DNA of 64,000 nt from Rhodospirillaceae bacterium (GTDB lineage: Bacteria; Pseudomonadota; Alphaproteobacteria; Rhodospirillales; Rhodospirillaceae): positions 991 to 64,990 of the forward strand of contig JABJAH010000036.1 of NCBI GenBank assembly GCA_018666155.1. The letters run 5' to 3'. How positions within the stretch are numbered: position 1 is the stretch's first letter; the number at the start of each line of letters is the position of its first letter. The position numbers and the translations under genes are program-made. Positions 1 to 9,997 of the stretch are shown piece by piece. The notes beneath the pieces were generated by a model, which made no database searches, was not told the DNA's origin, and worked only from the letters and a program-made list of their open reading frames with translations.

Positions 1-684
1 CGAAGCGCTGCCATTGCCGCAATCGCGCCTGACTGGGTTGGGAGTGGGCTTGTGGCAAAGCTGCGCAAAGAGATTTATCCCGCAAGAAAAACGTGGTCCG
101 GCACGGATCACTTCCAACTCGATCGGGCCCTTGCCCCACTGTTTGGCGTTCGCGCGTATGGGGTTCATCTCAACGGTTATGTCGAGAAGCATGACGGCAT
201 TCACCTATGGATCGGTCGACGCAGCGCCGACCGCCGTGTTGAGCCGGATAAGCTGGATAACATGGTCGCGGGCGGGCAGCCGGCAAACCTAGGCTTAATG
301 GAAAATCTAATTAAGGAATGCGCGGAGGAAGCCGACGTACCAAGTCCTCTCGCTGCGACAGCCACACCGGTCGGCACAGTTAGCTATTGTTTCGAGACCG
401 AGGCGGGCCTCAAACCCGACACCCTATTTTGCTATGATCTCGTCGTTCCAGAAGACTTTGAGCCGCGCAATCAAGACGGTGAGATCGCCGATTTTCGATT
501 AATGCCGATCCAAGAGGCCTTATCGCTCATCCAGACCGGAGATGCCTTTAAGTTCAATGTGTCTCTGGTGATATTGGATTTCGCAATTCGGCACGGCGTT
601 CTTTCACCAGACACAGAACCTGACTATGAGGCCATTTTGGGCGGTTTACATAGGGTTTCGCCGCTCCCCGGGACCACGCAATAG
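1..684 (+). CDS. NUDIX-family hydrolase, 5'-partial (frame open to the window edge)
   Basis: Frame 1 has no stop from nt 1 to the TAG at 682..684. The product has a degenerate Nudix-box-like stretch (GGQPANLGLMENLIKECAEEADV). Family assignment is from motif memory only. Confidence 0.55.
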   Translation, partial: RSAAIAAIAPDWVGSGLVAKLRKEIYPARKTWSGTDHFQLDRALAPLFGVRAYGVHLNGYVEKHDGIHLWIGRRSADRRVEPDKLDNMVAGGQPANLGLMENLIKECAEEADVPSPLAATATPVGTVSYCFETEAGLKPDTLFCYDLVVPEDFEPRNQDGEIADFRLMPIQEALSLIQTGDAFKFNVSLVILDFAIRHGVLSPDTEPDYEAILGGLHRVSPLPGTTQ

Positions 685-765
685 GTATCTGTGAGTTGAC
701 ATCTTGGGCGACCTTCACAAGGATGCGCGCCGCCCGCTACATATGGCAGCGGGGCTGGAGTAGAT

Positions 766-1719
766 ATGCATTTTCTTGAGTTTGAGAAGCCGATAGCGGA
801 ACTGGAAGGCAAGATCTCTGAACTGCGTCACATGAGTGATGCGGACGGAATGAATATTGCTGAAGAGGTCACGCGACTTGAAAGCAAAGTCGATAAAGAT
901 CTTAAAGCCACCTACGCCAAATTAACACCGTGGCAAAAGACCCAGGTAGCACGCCATCCTGACCGACCGCACTGCTTGGACTACATCGGCGCTTTGATTT
1001 CAGATTTCATGCCGTTGGCCGGAGACCGTAACTATTCCGAAGACCATGCAATCATCGGCGGTCTTGGGCGATTCCGTGGTCGCTCCGTTATGGTTCTCGG
1101 TCAAGAAAAAGGCCGTAATACCGAGACACGACTAAAACACAATTTCGGCATGGCCCGCCCCGAAGGGTATCGGAAGGCTCGACGCCTTATGGAATTGGCC
1201 GATCGATTTGGTGTCCCTGTTCTAACTCTTGTCGACACCGCCGGAGCCTACCCAGGTGTTGGTGCTGAAGAGCGCGGACAAGCAGAAGCGATCGCTCGCT
1301 CAATTGAAACCAGCCTGGATTTGCGGGTGCCATTGATCAGCTTGATTATTGGAGAAGGCGGTTCCGGTGGTGCGATTGCGCTGGCCACAGGAAACATCGT
1401 CTTGATGTTGGAGCATTCAATTTATTCCGTGATCTCACCGGAAGGCTGCGCTTCAATTTTATGGCGTGATGGCGATCAAGCGAAGTCAGCCGCTGACGCC
1501 CTAAAATTAACCGCTCAAGACCTGGACCGACTGGGCGTTATCGACGGCATCATTCAAGAACCAATCGGCGGAGCACACCGCAACACGCAGGCCGTATACC
1601 AAAGCGTTGGCGATGCCCTAGAACGGCATTTAGAAGAGCTTCTTAAACTAGAAGGTGGGCAACTGCGGGCCCGGCGTCGCGACAAGTTTATTGCGATGGG
1701 GCGAACCAGCGAGTCTTGA
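766..1719 (+). CDS. accA: Acetyl-CoA carboxylase carboxyltransferase alpha subunit
   Basis: 317 aa. N-terminus [17 protein letters not shown] and the core [25 protein letters not shown] are typical AccA. Confidence 0.95.
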   Translation: MHFLEFEKPIAELEGKISELRHMSDADGMNIAEEVTRLESKVDKDLKATYAKLTPWQKTQVARHPDRPHCLDYIGALISDFMPLAGDRNYSEDHAIIGGLGRFRGRSVMVLGQEKGRNTETRLKHNFGMARPEGYRKARRLMELADRFGVPVLTLVDTAGAYPGVGAEERGQAEAIARSIETSLDLRVPLISLIIGEGGSGGAIALATGNIVLMLEHSIYSVISPEGCASILWRDGDQAKSAADALKLTAQDLDRLGVIDGIIQEPIGGAHRNTQAVYQSVGDALERHLEELLKLEGGQLRARRRDKFIAMGRTSES

Positions 1720-1746
1720 ATCGACGGTGCTAATTGGGGCGCGCGA

Positions 1747-3456
1747 TCAGGCCGCCTGCGCGGCGCACCAGTCGCGCCACAACGATCGATAGGCTGACTC
1801 TACCTCATGCGCGAAGAGTGACGCGTCACCAAGGGACGAGCGCTGCAAATCGGCCCTGAGCGTTTTTCGAAGTTCCACCAAACGGCTTTGTTCCCCGGCC
1901 AAATCACTTGCGATCCGGATATAGTCGTCATTGGTCTCTGCAATCCATTCTCGATGGTCGATTTGGGTCAGCAGACTCGCACCAACTCTACCAGCGGGCC
2001 GGTCGCCACAAAGCGTAACGACGGGCACACCCATCCACAGCGCTTCACAGGTCGTGGTTGTTCCGTTGTAGGGCGTTGCATCGAGAACAATGTCTACATC
2101 GTTGAAATCAGAGAAATGATCCTCCTCACGCGACCTCCAACCATGTGTTTCTAGCCGCGCCTTATCAATGCCAGCCCGCACGCATCGAGCCTCAAAATCT
2201 GCCTGCACCCGGGAGTCTACAAAGGACTTGGCTTTGATTTTGAGGCGGCTGTTAGATACCGAACTAAGAACAGATGCCCACAACCCCAAAGCCGTGTCAG
2301 AAATTTTGGCTAAGTTATGGAACGCGCCAAATGTTACGTGGCCGGCTGTCACGCAGGGCGGGGCCAACGCAATCTCGGAACCTTGCAGCGGACGGTAGGT
2401 GTGAAATCCGTTTGGAAGCGGGACCAAAGTTTCGGAAAAGAACCCCTCCATTTCAGAGGGCGTGCCAACAGAGTCTGTGAGGCGAGCATCCATCGCCTGC
2501 AATCCTGTTGTATGCGGATAGCCCAACCACGAAACCTGTATTGGCGCCGCACGCAATGCGAAAGAAGCAAGCCTGGTGCTTGACGTGTGCCCTCCGCAGT
2601 CAACCAGAATGTCTATTGATCGATTACTCACTTCCGCACAGAACTCTTCGTCTGATGTTAGCGCCACGTCGACCCAATCGTTGGCCGATGATCTAAATCG
2701 TTCAGTGAATTCATCTGGTGCTTGAACACCGCTAAACGCCGTTACATGAACATTGTGTCGATCATGGTGTTCAATTAAGGGAAGAAGAAAATTCGCGCAG
2801 GAATGATGCCTGAAGTCAGACGAGACGTATCCGATTCTCAAAACGCGGTCAGGCATTGGCGCATTGGCAAACGAAGCAATCCGCCGACTATCTGCCCCAG
2901 GCCACAACAGGTGCGCGCGCGCGATGTCCTCGGGCGAGATCGTCTCTAAAAAATTCATTGTATAGAGCCGACTACTAGCGATGGTCCTCGACGCTGGTGA
3001 GAGTGCAGCGGCCGCATCGAGGTTCATCAGCGCATCGTCCAATCGCCCGATAGCTCGATAGGTATTGCCAAGGTTGCTTAAAGCGTCGGCCATGCCCGGG
3101 TCGATCGAGACGGCCTTTTTGTGAGCCTCCAGAGCATCGTGAAGCCGACCCGCGTCCGTTAGAGCGGTCCCCCAATTATCAAACAAATGGGCCGGCGCTC
3201 CCTTAAGTTTGCTGCCTTTTTCGAAGCACTGACACGCGGCTTCAGTCTGGCCAGAGAAGTTAAGAGCATTCCCAAGGTTGGACCAAAAAGAGGGCTCTTG
3301 CGGATCAAGTTCTATCGCGCTCGAGAAATTGATTATGGCTTCGTCTAACAGCCCCTTTTGCGCCAACGTTGTGCCAACGTCATTAACTTTGATCGCGATT
3401 TCTTTGCGCGTCGCTGTCTGGCCCGTTAGGCGTCTAAGTACGTCTCGCAGCGACAT
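1747..3456 (-). CDS. TPR-repeat protein with C-terminal GT41 (SPINDLY/O-GlcNAc-transferase-like) domain
   Basis: 569 aa. The N-terminal ~170 aa are TPR repeats (e.g. AIELDPQEPSFWSNLGNAL). The C-terminal ~380 aa resemble bacterial SPY-family glycosyltransferases (RIGYVSSDFRHHS..., VSWLGYPHTTG). Confidence 0.7.
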   Translation of the reverse strand: MSLRDVLRRLTGQTATRKEIAIKVNDVGTTLAQKGLLDEAIINFSSAIELDPQEPSFWSNLGNALNFSGQTEAACQCFEKGSKLKGAPAHLFDNWGTALTDAGRLHDALEAHKKAVSIDPGMADALSNLGNTYRAIGRLDDALMNLDAAAALSPASRTIASSRLYTMNFLETISPEDIARAHLLWPGADSRRIASFANAPMPDRVLRIGYVSSDFRHHSCANFLLPLIEHHDRHNVHVTAFSGVQAPDEFTERFRSSANDWVDVALTSDEEFCAEVSNRSIDILVDCGGHTSSTRLASFALRAAPIQVSWLGYPHTTGLQAMDARLTDSVGTPSEMEGFFSETLVPLPNGFHTYRPLQGSEIALAPPCVTAGHVTFGAFHNLAKISDTALGLWASVLSSVSNSRLKIKAKSFVDSRVQADFEARCVRAGIDKARLETHGWRSREEDHFSDFNDVDIVLDATPYNGTTTTCEALWMGVPVVTLCGDRPAGRVGASLLTQIDHREWIAETNDDYIRIASDLAGEQSRLVELRKTLRADLQRSSLGDASLFAHEVESAYRSLWRDWCAAQAA

Positions 3457-3512
3457 GGAAACCCGTATTCTAAAATGAATTTTGACGGTCGCGTGAAGCG
3501 AGCCCGCTTCGC

Positions 3513-4703
3513 CTAGGTAAGCACTTTTACGCCTGGCAATGTTTTACCTTCGAGCCACTCAAGGAAGGCACCGCCAGCGGTCGAAACATACGTGAATCGT
3601 TCCGTTGCACCAGCACCATTCAATGCGGCAACGGTGTCTCCCCCGCCCGCAACGGAAACCAGTTTGCCGTCCGCCGTTAGATCAGCAGCAGTAGCAGCGA
3701 CGCGATTGGTGCCAACATCAAAAGGCTTGATTTCGAACGCGCCGAGCGGTCCGTTCCAAACCACGGTTTTGCACGTCTTAAGGCGGGTCTCGAGAACAGC
3801 GATACTGGCTGGACCAATATCAAGAATCATTTTTTTGTGGGGCACCGCATCAATAGCACATACTTCGGACTCCGCATCATCACTCAATTCTGACGCAACA
3901 ACCGCATCGACGGGCAAGACAATCTCACAACCAGCACTCTTTGCTTTGGCCAGTATCGCGCGGGCTGTGTCGACCAAATCAGGCTCGTGCAACGAGGCGC
4001 CCACTTCAATACCTTGAGCATGCAGAAACGTGTTGGCCATACCGCCACCGATGACAATGATATCGACCTTGTCGACGAGGTGGCCAAGCACTTCGAGTTT
4101 AGAAGAAACCTTGGCGCCACCCACCACCGCCGCGACAGGGTGGGTTGGATTATCTAGAGCAGCAGCGAGAGCATCAAGCTCGGCCTGCATCTGGCGCCCG
4201 GCCGCGTTGGGCAGAAGATGAGCGAGTTGTTCGGTCGATGCATGGGCCCGATGCGCTGCGGAGAAGGCATCATTCACATAGAGATCGCCGAGGTCGGCCA
4301 GGGCACGCGCGAAGTCAGGCGCATTGGCTTCCTCGTCAGCGTGAAATCGAAGATTTTCGAGCACTGCGATGTCGCCAGAGGCCAAGCTATTGACCACACT
4401 CTCAGCCGGTGGGCCAATGCAGTCATCGGCAAACGCCACATCTCGGTCCATGACCTGACCTAGCGCCGCAGCGACTGGTTTAAGCGACATGTCCGCATGG
4501 CGTTCGCCTTTGGGTCGGCCAAAGTGGGATATCACGATGACCCGCGCGCCCTTATCAGAGAGCTCTCGCAGGGTGGGGGCTAAACGCTCAAGTCTTGTGG
4601 CATCACTGACCTGTCCCTGCGCCATGGGAACATTTAGGTCCCCACGAACCAACACGCGCTGGCCGTCGACCTTGAGGTCATCGAGCGTGCGGTACACTGA
4701 CAC
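3513..4703 (-). CDS. pgk: Phosphoglycerate kinase
   Basis: 396 aa. RVLVRGDLNVP near the N-terminus and a GGGDT-type C-terminal region, with full-length Pgk architecture. Confidence 0.95.
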   Translation of the reverse strand: MSVYRTLDDLKVDGQRVLVRGDLNVPMAQGQVSDATRLERLAPTLRELSDKGARVIVISHFGRPKGERHADMSLKPVAAALGQVMDRDVAFADDCIGPPAESVVNSLASGDIAVLENLRFHADEEANAPDFARALADLGDLYVNDAFSAAHRAHASTEQLAHLLPNAAGRQMQAELDALAAALDNPTHPVAAVVGGAKVSSKLEVLGHLVDKVDIIVIGGGMANTFLHAQGIEVGASLHEPDLVDTARAILAKAKSAGCEIVLPVDAVVASELSDDAESEVCAIDAVPHKKMILDIGPASIAVLETRLKTCKTVVWNGPLGAFEIKPFDVGTNRVAATAADLTADGKLVSVAGGGDTVAALNGAGATERFTYVSTAGGAFLEWLEGKTLPGVKVLT

Positions 4704-4712
4704 GACGACTCT

Positions 4713-5720
4713 CTAAATGTGCTTACCCATGGCCGCGAGCGTATCGAGCATGCGGTTTGAGAAGCCCCATTCATTGTCGTACCAGGACAAGACCCGCAGG
4801 AAATTATTCTCGAGCACTTTGGTCTGCGTGGCGTCGAAGGTTGAACTGGCCGGGTTGTGGTTGAAGTCAATCGAGACCAGCGGTAACTCGTTCACCACCA
4901 AAACCCCCTTGAGATCACCGTCGGCTGCTTCTTGCATGACCCCGTTTACATCATCCTCGGTGACATTCTTACCCAGCACGCACTTCAAATCGATCATCGA
5001 GACATTTGGCGTCGGCACCCGAATAGCAGACCCATCGAGTTTACCTTTGAGCTCGGGCAAGACTTCACCAACAGCCCGGGCCGCCCCGGTCGACGTGGGG
5101 ATCATACTGACAGAGGCCGCGCGGGCCCGACGCAAATCAGAATGCAGGGTATCAACAGTTCGTTGATCACCCGTGAAGGCGTGAATCGTTGTCATGTACC
5201 CGTGGTTCAATCCAAACGAGCGGTTCAACACATGGGCCACAGGAGCCAGACAGTTGGTGGTACACGACGCGTTGGACACGACGAGATGGTCTGCGGTCAG
5301 CTTTTGATGGTTAACACCATAAACAACAGTCAGGTCGGCGCCCTTAGACGGCGCAGAGACCAACACGCGTTTCGCCCCAGCGTCGAGATGAATCGCAGCC
5401 TTGTCACGGTCAGAAAAGATGCCGGTACACTCAGCAACAATATCAACGCCGAGATCGCCCCAAGGCAGACCGGACGGATCACGCTCAGCGAGCACTTTTA
5501 CGGTTCTGCCACCGACCGTCATCGAATCACCGTTGACTGCCACATCTATATTGAGGGGACCGTGAACAGAATCGAAGCGTAGCATGTGGGCGTTATCTTC
5601 GGCTGAGCCGAGATCATTAATGGCAACGACTTCTATGTCGTCCCGGCCAGACTCGGCGAGCGCCCGAAAAACCATGCGGCCAATGCGGCCAAACCCATTC
5701 ATTGCGACACGTACAGTCAT
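4713..5720 (-). CDS. gap: Glyceraldehyde-3-phosphate dehydrogenase (type I)
   Basis: 335 aa. NGFGRIGR NAD-binding N-terminus and the catalytic SNASCTTNCLAP motif. Confidence 0.95.
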   Translation of the reverse strand: MTVRVAMNGFGRIGRMVFRALAESGRDDIEVVAINDLGSAEDNAHMLRFDSVHGPLNIDVAVNGDSMTVGGRTVKVLAERDPSGLPWGDLGVDIVAECTGIFSDRDKAAIHLDAGAKRVLVSAPSKGADLTVVYGVNHQKLTADHLVVSNASCTTNCLAPVAHVLNRSFGLNHGYMTTIHAFTGDQRTVDTLHSDLRRARAASVSMIPTSTGAARAVGEVLPELKGKLDGSAIRVPTPNVSMIDLKCVLGKNVTEDDVNGVMQEAADGDLKGVLVVNELPLVSIDFNHNPASSTFDATQTKVLENNFLRVLSWYDNEWGFSNRMLDTLAAMGKHI

Positions 5721-5998
5721 TCTTCACGTCCTTTACTAATCCAAAACCGATTCGGCGGGGCTCCACCGAACAGCAAATTGATATGTCCCGGAAATACACC
5801 ACCGGCCCCGGGATTCCAAGGGATCACAAGGCCAAGATCGCCGTTCGCTTTCGCTTGCGTTCCCCGACACGCTATTTATGGTCAGGCATCGATCACCGAA
5901 ATGGTTTTCGGTAAAGCGGCCCAGAAGATGTCGTATAGGGGGACATCTTCTAAAACAGCCAAAAAATAAGAAAAATAGACAAAGAATGCAGGAGAGGC

Positions 5999-7048
5999 AT
6001 GAGCTCAACAGCTGAAACCGTCCCCTCGGACGACCAACCGAGTAGGGCATTAGAGTCGCTGATGGGGCCCTTGGTTCCCGTCATGCACCAGTTAACCAGG
6101 CTGGTCGTCCTGTTGTTCATGGTGACGACCCTTCTGTTTTTCATGTTGAGATTGGCGGGTGATCCGGCCCTTGTTTTAGCGGGAAATGACGCGACGCCGG
6201 AGCAGCTTGAGGCGATTCGCGCCCAGTACGGCTTGGATAAGCCGCTCGTTATTCAGTACTTCAATTATATGGGCAACTTGGTCCAAGGCGATTTCGGCAA
6301 ATCTCTCGCCAGCGGTGAGCCGGCCATGGGAAAAGTACTCACCATGCTGCCTGCAACACTGTTGATCGCCGGCCTGGCCATGGCCTTCTCGATCATTGTC
6401 GCGATTCCGCTCGGCGCCTGGCTTGGCTTTAAACCCGAACGCGCGGACCGACGAAGCGTTTCAGGCATTATCTTCGTCTTCCAAGGCGTGCCCGGCTTCG
6501 TCACCGCGCTCATCTTCATTCAGGTTTTTGCCGTCAACTTGCGATGGCTACCCTCTCTGGGGATGGAATGGGGAACGATCATTGATTGGGCGATCACAGA
6601 AAGCTTTTCCATTCCAATACCCGTGCCCTCTAAAACGTGGATCCTTCCCGCCGCAAGTTTGTCGTGGTTCTTAATGCCAAGCCTGACCCGGGTGGTTGCG
6701 GCTAATACAGCCGAGGCCATGCGTGAGGATTATATTCGGACAGCACGCGCCGGCGGCGCTCCAGCCTCGACATTGCTATGGCGACACGCTTTGCCGAATG
6801 CCTTGCTGGGAGCAGCCGCACTGATCGGAACACAATTCGCGTTTCTGATGGGCGGCGCGGTCATCACAGAAACGATCTTTGCATGGCCCGGCATTGGGTG
6901 GCTGCTTATTGAGTCGACACAGACCTTAGACTTTCCTGTGGTTCAATCTCTCGCCCTGTGTATCGCCACTCTTGTGTTTTCGGTTAACGCACTAACCGAC
7001 TTGAGCTTCCAATTCCTCGACCCACGCTTACGTACGAAGGGGAACTAG
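5999..7048 (+). CDS. ABC transporter permease, Dpp/Opp (PepT) family, DppB-like
   Basis: 349 aa and multi-TM. The EAA-loop-like segment AMREDYIRTARAGG is present. AGGAGAGG lies 5 nt upstream of the ATG. The start could be a later in-frame Met. Confidence 0.85.
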   Translation: MSSTAETVPSDDQPSRALESLMGPLVPVMHQLTRLVVLLFMVTTLLFFMLRLAGDPALVLAGNDATPEQLEAIRAQYGLDKPLVIQYFNYMGNLVQGDFGKSLASGEPAMGKVLTMLPATLLIAGLAMAFSIIVAIPLGAWLGFKPERADRRSVSGIIFVFQGVPGFVTALIFIQVFAVNLRWLPSLGMEWGTIIDWAITESFSIPIPVPSKTWILPAASLSWFLMPSLTRVVAANTAEAMREDYIRTARAGGAPASTLLWRHALPNALLGAAALIGTQFAFLMGGAVITETIFAWPGIGWLLIESTQTLDFPVVQSLALCIATLVFSVNALTDLSFQFLDPRLRTKGN

Positions 7049-7051
7049 GCC

Positions 7052-7954
7052 ATGTCAGACTTAAAAGTCAGTCGCACCGGCGGCCTGCTCGGCACCGAAG
7101 AGGGCAAGACGTTTAGTTGGGAGAAAGTGCGTCAGGTCGCCAATCCCGAGATCGTTATCGCCTTCACCTTATTCACTATTCTGATGGTCATCGCAATCTT
7201 CGGCGCACTCTTGCAGACCCACGACCCCATGCAGGGCGATCTGTTAAAGCGCTTCACGCCACCCGGACAGGAAGGCTATTTCTTCGGCAGTGATCACCTG
7301 GGCCGCGATCTATGGTCGCGCATGGTCGATGGCTTGCAGTGGTCCATGGCCTGCGCGCTTACAGCCAACGTGCTCAATCTCTTAATCGGTTCAACACTCG
7401 GGTTGCTCGCGGCTGAGAAACCGGGATGGCTGCGCATTATCGTTAATCAGTTTGTCTATACGCTGCAGTCTCTGCCAGGACTGATCATATTGATCTGTGT
7501 CGTCGTCGTGGTCGGCCAAGGGTTCCTGACTCTTGTCTTTACCCTCGGGCTTTTATCCTGGGTGGTCTACATGCGTGTTATTTACGCGGAAGCCTCTAGC
7601 CTCTTTCAACGTGAGTATGTACAGGCCGCGCGACTTGCCGGTGTCAGCCGGTGGTCAATCATGTTTAGCCATGTGCTACCGGGCGTGCGGGCCAGCTTGT
7701 TTGTAATCTTCGCTTTCCACTTTGCCGGCCTACTCATCGCCGAAAGTGCGCTGTCATTTCTTGGCTTAGGTGCGCCGCTTGGTGTGCCGACATGGGGCAA
7801 CATGCTCGCTGAGAGCCGCCAGTATATGATTCGCGCGCCCTGGATGCTGATCGTTCCTGCAGGAGCGATCGTCACCGCCGTTGTTACAATGAATCTGGTC
7901 GGCGATGGCATTGCCAGCCTATCCCGCAAGAAAGGCCGGAGCATTGACGTATAG
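7052..7954 (+). CDS. ABC transporter permease, Dpp/Opp family, DppC-like
   Basis: 300 aa. Contains GSDHLGRDLWSRMV and EYVQAARLAGVS, typical of DppC/OppC. Only 3 nt separate it from the upstream permease. Confidence 0.85.
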   Translation: MSDLKVSRTGGLLGTEEGKTFSWEKVRQVANPEIVIAFTLFTILMVIAIFGALLQTHDPMQGDLLKRFTPPGQEGYFFGSDHLGRDLWSRMVDGLQWSMACALTANVLNLLIGSTLGLLAAEKPGWLRIIVNQFVYTLQSLPGLIILICVVVVVGQGFLTLVFTLGLLSWVVYMRVIYAEASSLFQREYVQAARLAGVSRWSIMFSHVLPGVRASLFVIFAFHFAGLLIAESALSFLGLGAPLGVPTWGNMLAESRQYMIRAPWMLIVPAGAIVTAVVTMNLVGDGIASLSRKKGRSIDV

Positions 7955-7992
7955 CCCCTCCGCCCATTTCACCGACCTAGTCCGGAGTTTTT

Positions 7993-9681
7993 ATGGTTAA
8001 GCCTGTTGTGCGCATTGACGACCTGCGCCTTGAATTTCTCAGCCAAGCTGGCCCGTTCGAAGCCCTAAAAGGCATCTCCTTGGAGATTGGTGAGGGCGAG
8101 ATCGTTGGTGTGGTTGGAGAGTCCGGGTCAGGCAAATCGGTCACAGCCATGAACCTCCTCCAGCTGCTGCCTCGCACCAAAATTAACGTCCCCACAGGAA
8201 CAATCTCTGTGCTCGACCACGACGTGCGCGCGATGGACGAGAAGCAGTTGCAGAAAATTCGCGGCGGCGAAGTTGCGATGATTTTCCAGGAGCCAATGAC
8301 CGCGCTCAACCCTGTGCTCCGCGTTAAAGACCAGATCGACGATGTCATCTTGCGGCATAAAGATGTCACTCCCGCAGAGGCGGAAGAGATGTCTTTGAAG
8401 CTTCTCGCTGACACAAAGATTACGGATCCGCGTCGGGTCTATGAGTCCTTTCCTCATGAACTGTCGGGCGGTATGCGTCAGCGCGTGATGATCGCTATGG
8501 CGTTTTCGTGCTCACCCAAACTGATTGTTGCCGATGAGCCGACGACAGCACTCGACGTCACGGTCCAGGCGCAAATTCTCGCGCTCCTCAAAGAGCGGGC
8601 TAAAACGACAGCAACCTCCGTACTGCTCATCACCCACGATTTGGCCGTCGTTGCCCAGCTCTGTGATCGGGTCTACGTAATGTACAAAGGTGAATTTGTT
8701 GAGCAGGGCGTCACCAAGGACGTTATTGGTAATCCTCAGCACGTTTACACCCGAGCGCTCTTAAATTCTCTACCCGAAGGCAAGGCCCCCAAGAGCCGAT
8801 TGGCTACGGTGGCTGCGGCAATGATTGAGGGCGACACCAGCAACGTGATCGAAGAGCCGATTGAGCAGGTCACGCGCGTTGCCCGGACGGGTGACACGCT
8901 TCTGCAAATCAAAGATGCGGTTGTGCGTTACCCGAAAGAGTACAATCTGTTTGGCCGGCCCATCACTTTTCATACGGCCGTCGATCACGTCAGCGTTGAG
9001 ATTAAGGAAGGCGAAACATTAGCCCTGGTCGGAGAATCAGGCTGCGGTAAGACGTCACTGGCCAACGCTGTCGTTGGACTCAATCGATTGGCGTCAGGTG
9101 AGATCATCTACCGCGATAAAAACATCCTGGATCATGAACCGGAGATCCGTCGCGAAATCCAGATCGTGTTCCAAGATCCGCAATCATCGCTCGATCCCAG
9201 ATGGCCGGTCTGGCAGATCATGACCGAGCCTTTGACGGTCGGAACATCACCGAGCAAGGCGGAACTCCGTGAACAGGCGGCAGACCTCTGTGAAATGGTC
9301 GGCCTCGAGGCAAGCCAGATTGATCGTTTACCCCATGAATTTTCGGGCGGCCAACGCCAACGCATCGCGGTCGGTCGCGCCCTCTCTGTGCGGCCAAAGT
9401 TGCTGGTTCTGGACGAGCCAACATCGGCGCTGGATGTCTCGGTCCAGGCCCAAATCCTCAACCTCCTGCTCGACCTGCAAGACGAGCACGGCCTGACGTA
9501 TCTGTTTATCTCCCACGACGTCGCTGTTGTCCGACATATCGCCGACAAGGTCGCGGTGATGTACCAAAGCAAGGTGGTCGAGGCGGGAGACTCTGAGCAA
9601 GTTCTGACCGCGCCGACTCACGAGTACACCCGCACCCTTATGAACGCCGTGCCGAGCCTAAAACGGGCGTTCGCGGCCTAA
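7993..9681 (+). CDS. ABC transporter ATP-binding protein, fused double (DppD+DppF-like) cassette
   Basis: 562 aa with two Walker A motifs (GESGSGKS, GESGCGKT) and two signature motifs (LSGGMRQR, FSGGQRQR). Confidence 0.9.
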   Translation: MVKPVVRIDDLRLEFLSQAGPFEALKGISLEIGEGEIVGVVGESGSGKSVTAMNLLQLLPRTKINVPTGTISVLDHDVRAMDEKQLQKIRGGEVAMIFQEPMTALNPVLRVKDQIDDVILRHKDVTPAEAEEMSLKLLADTKITDPRRVYESFPHELSGGMRQRVMIAMAFSCSPKLIVADEPTTALDVTVQAQILALLKERAKTTATSVLLITHDLAVVAQLCDRVYVMYKGEFVEQGVTKDVIGNPQHVYTRALLNSLPEGKAPKSRLATVAAAMIEGDTSNVIEEPIEQVTRVARTGDTLLQIKDAVVRYPKEYNLFGRPITFHTAVDHVSVEIKEGETLALVGESGCGKTSLANAVVGLNRLASGEIIYRDKNILDHEPEIRREIQIVFQDPQSSLDPRWPVWQIMTEPLTVGTSPSKAELREQAADLCEMVGLEASQIDRLPHEFSGGQRQRIAVGRALSVRPKLLVLDEPTSALDVSVQAQILNLLLDLQDEHGLTYLFISHDVAVVRHIADKVAVMYQSKVVEAGDSEQVLTAPTHEYTRTLMNAVPSLKRAFAA

Positions 9682-9997
9682 GGTCCTGGGGATGACGGTG
9701 AGAGCCGGTTCTAGATACATTTTTGTCCGGACATAGAGTAATTAGCAATTCTTCCTAATACTGGTGGAAATAATAGGGTATTATTCTATTATTAGCCCTA
9801 CGGGCTGTCGCAGTAATGCAACAAGTGAAAACGGAATTGAACACCCCTCCTTTCTTAGGTTGCTTTCAGCCCATGAAAACCGTTGGATGAGGGCTGTGAA
9901 GACTTGTTTCTACACTCATTTGGTTACCACTCGGCCTTTGTAGGCCCGATGCGCTATTAGCCAAATGCAGAACATTGAACCGGATTGGGGATAACCG

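Noticed and set aside
3491-3512. Hairpin after pgk as an intrinsic terminator
   Set aside because: The stem is only 6-8 bp, and on the transcribed strand it is followed by GACCGTCAAAATTC rather than a U-tract. At best it is a weak attenuator.
9682-9997. Possible cobalamin or TPP riboswitch ahead of the TonB-dependent receptor
   Set aside because: Only vague resemblance exists (GGTGGAAATAAT, GGGCTGTCGCAGTAATG). There is no B12 box and no CUGAGA/ACCUGA TPP core that I can align. The region is reported only as an unexplained leader.
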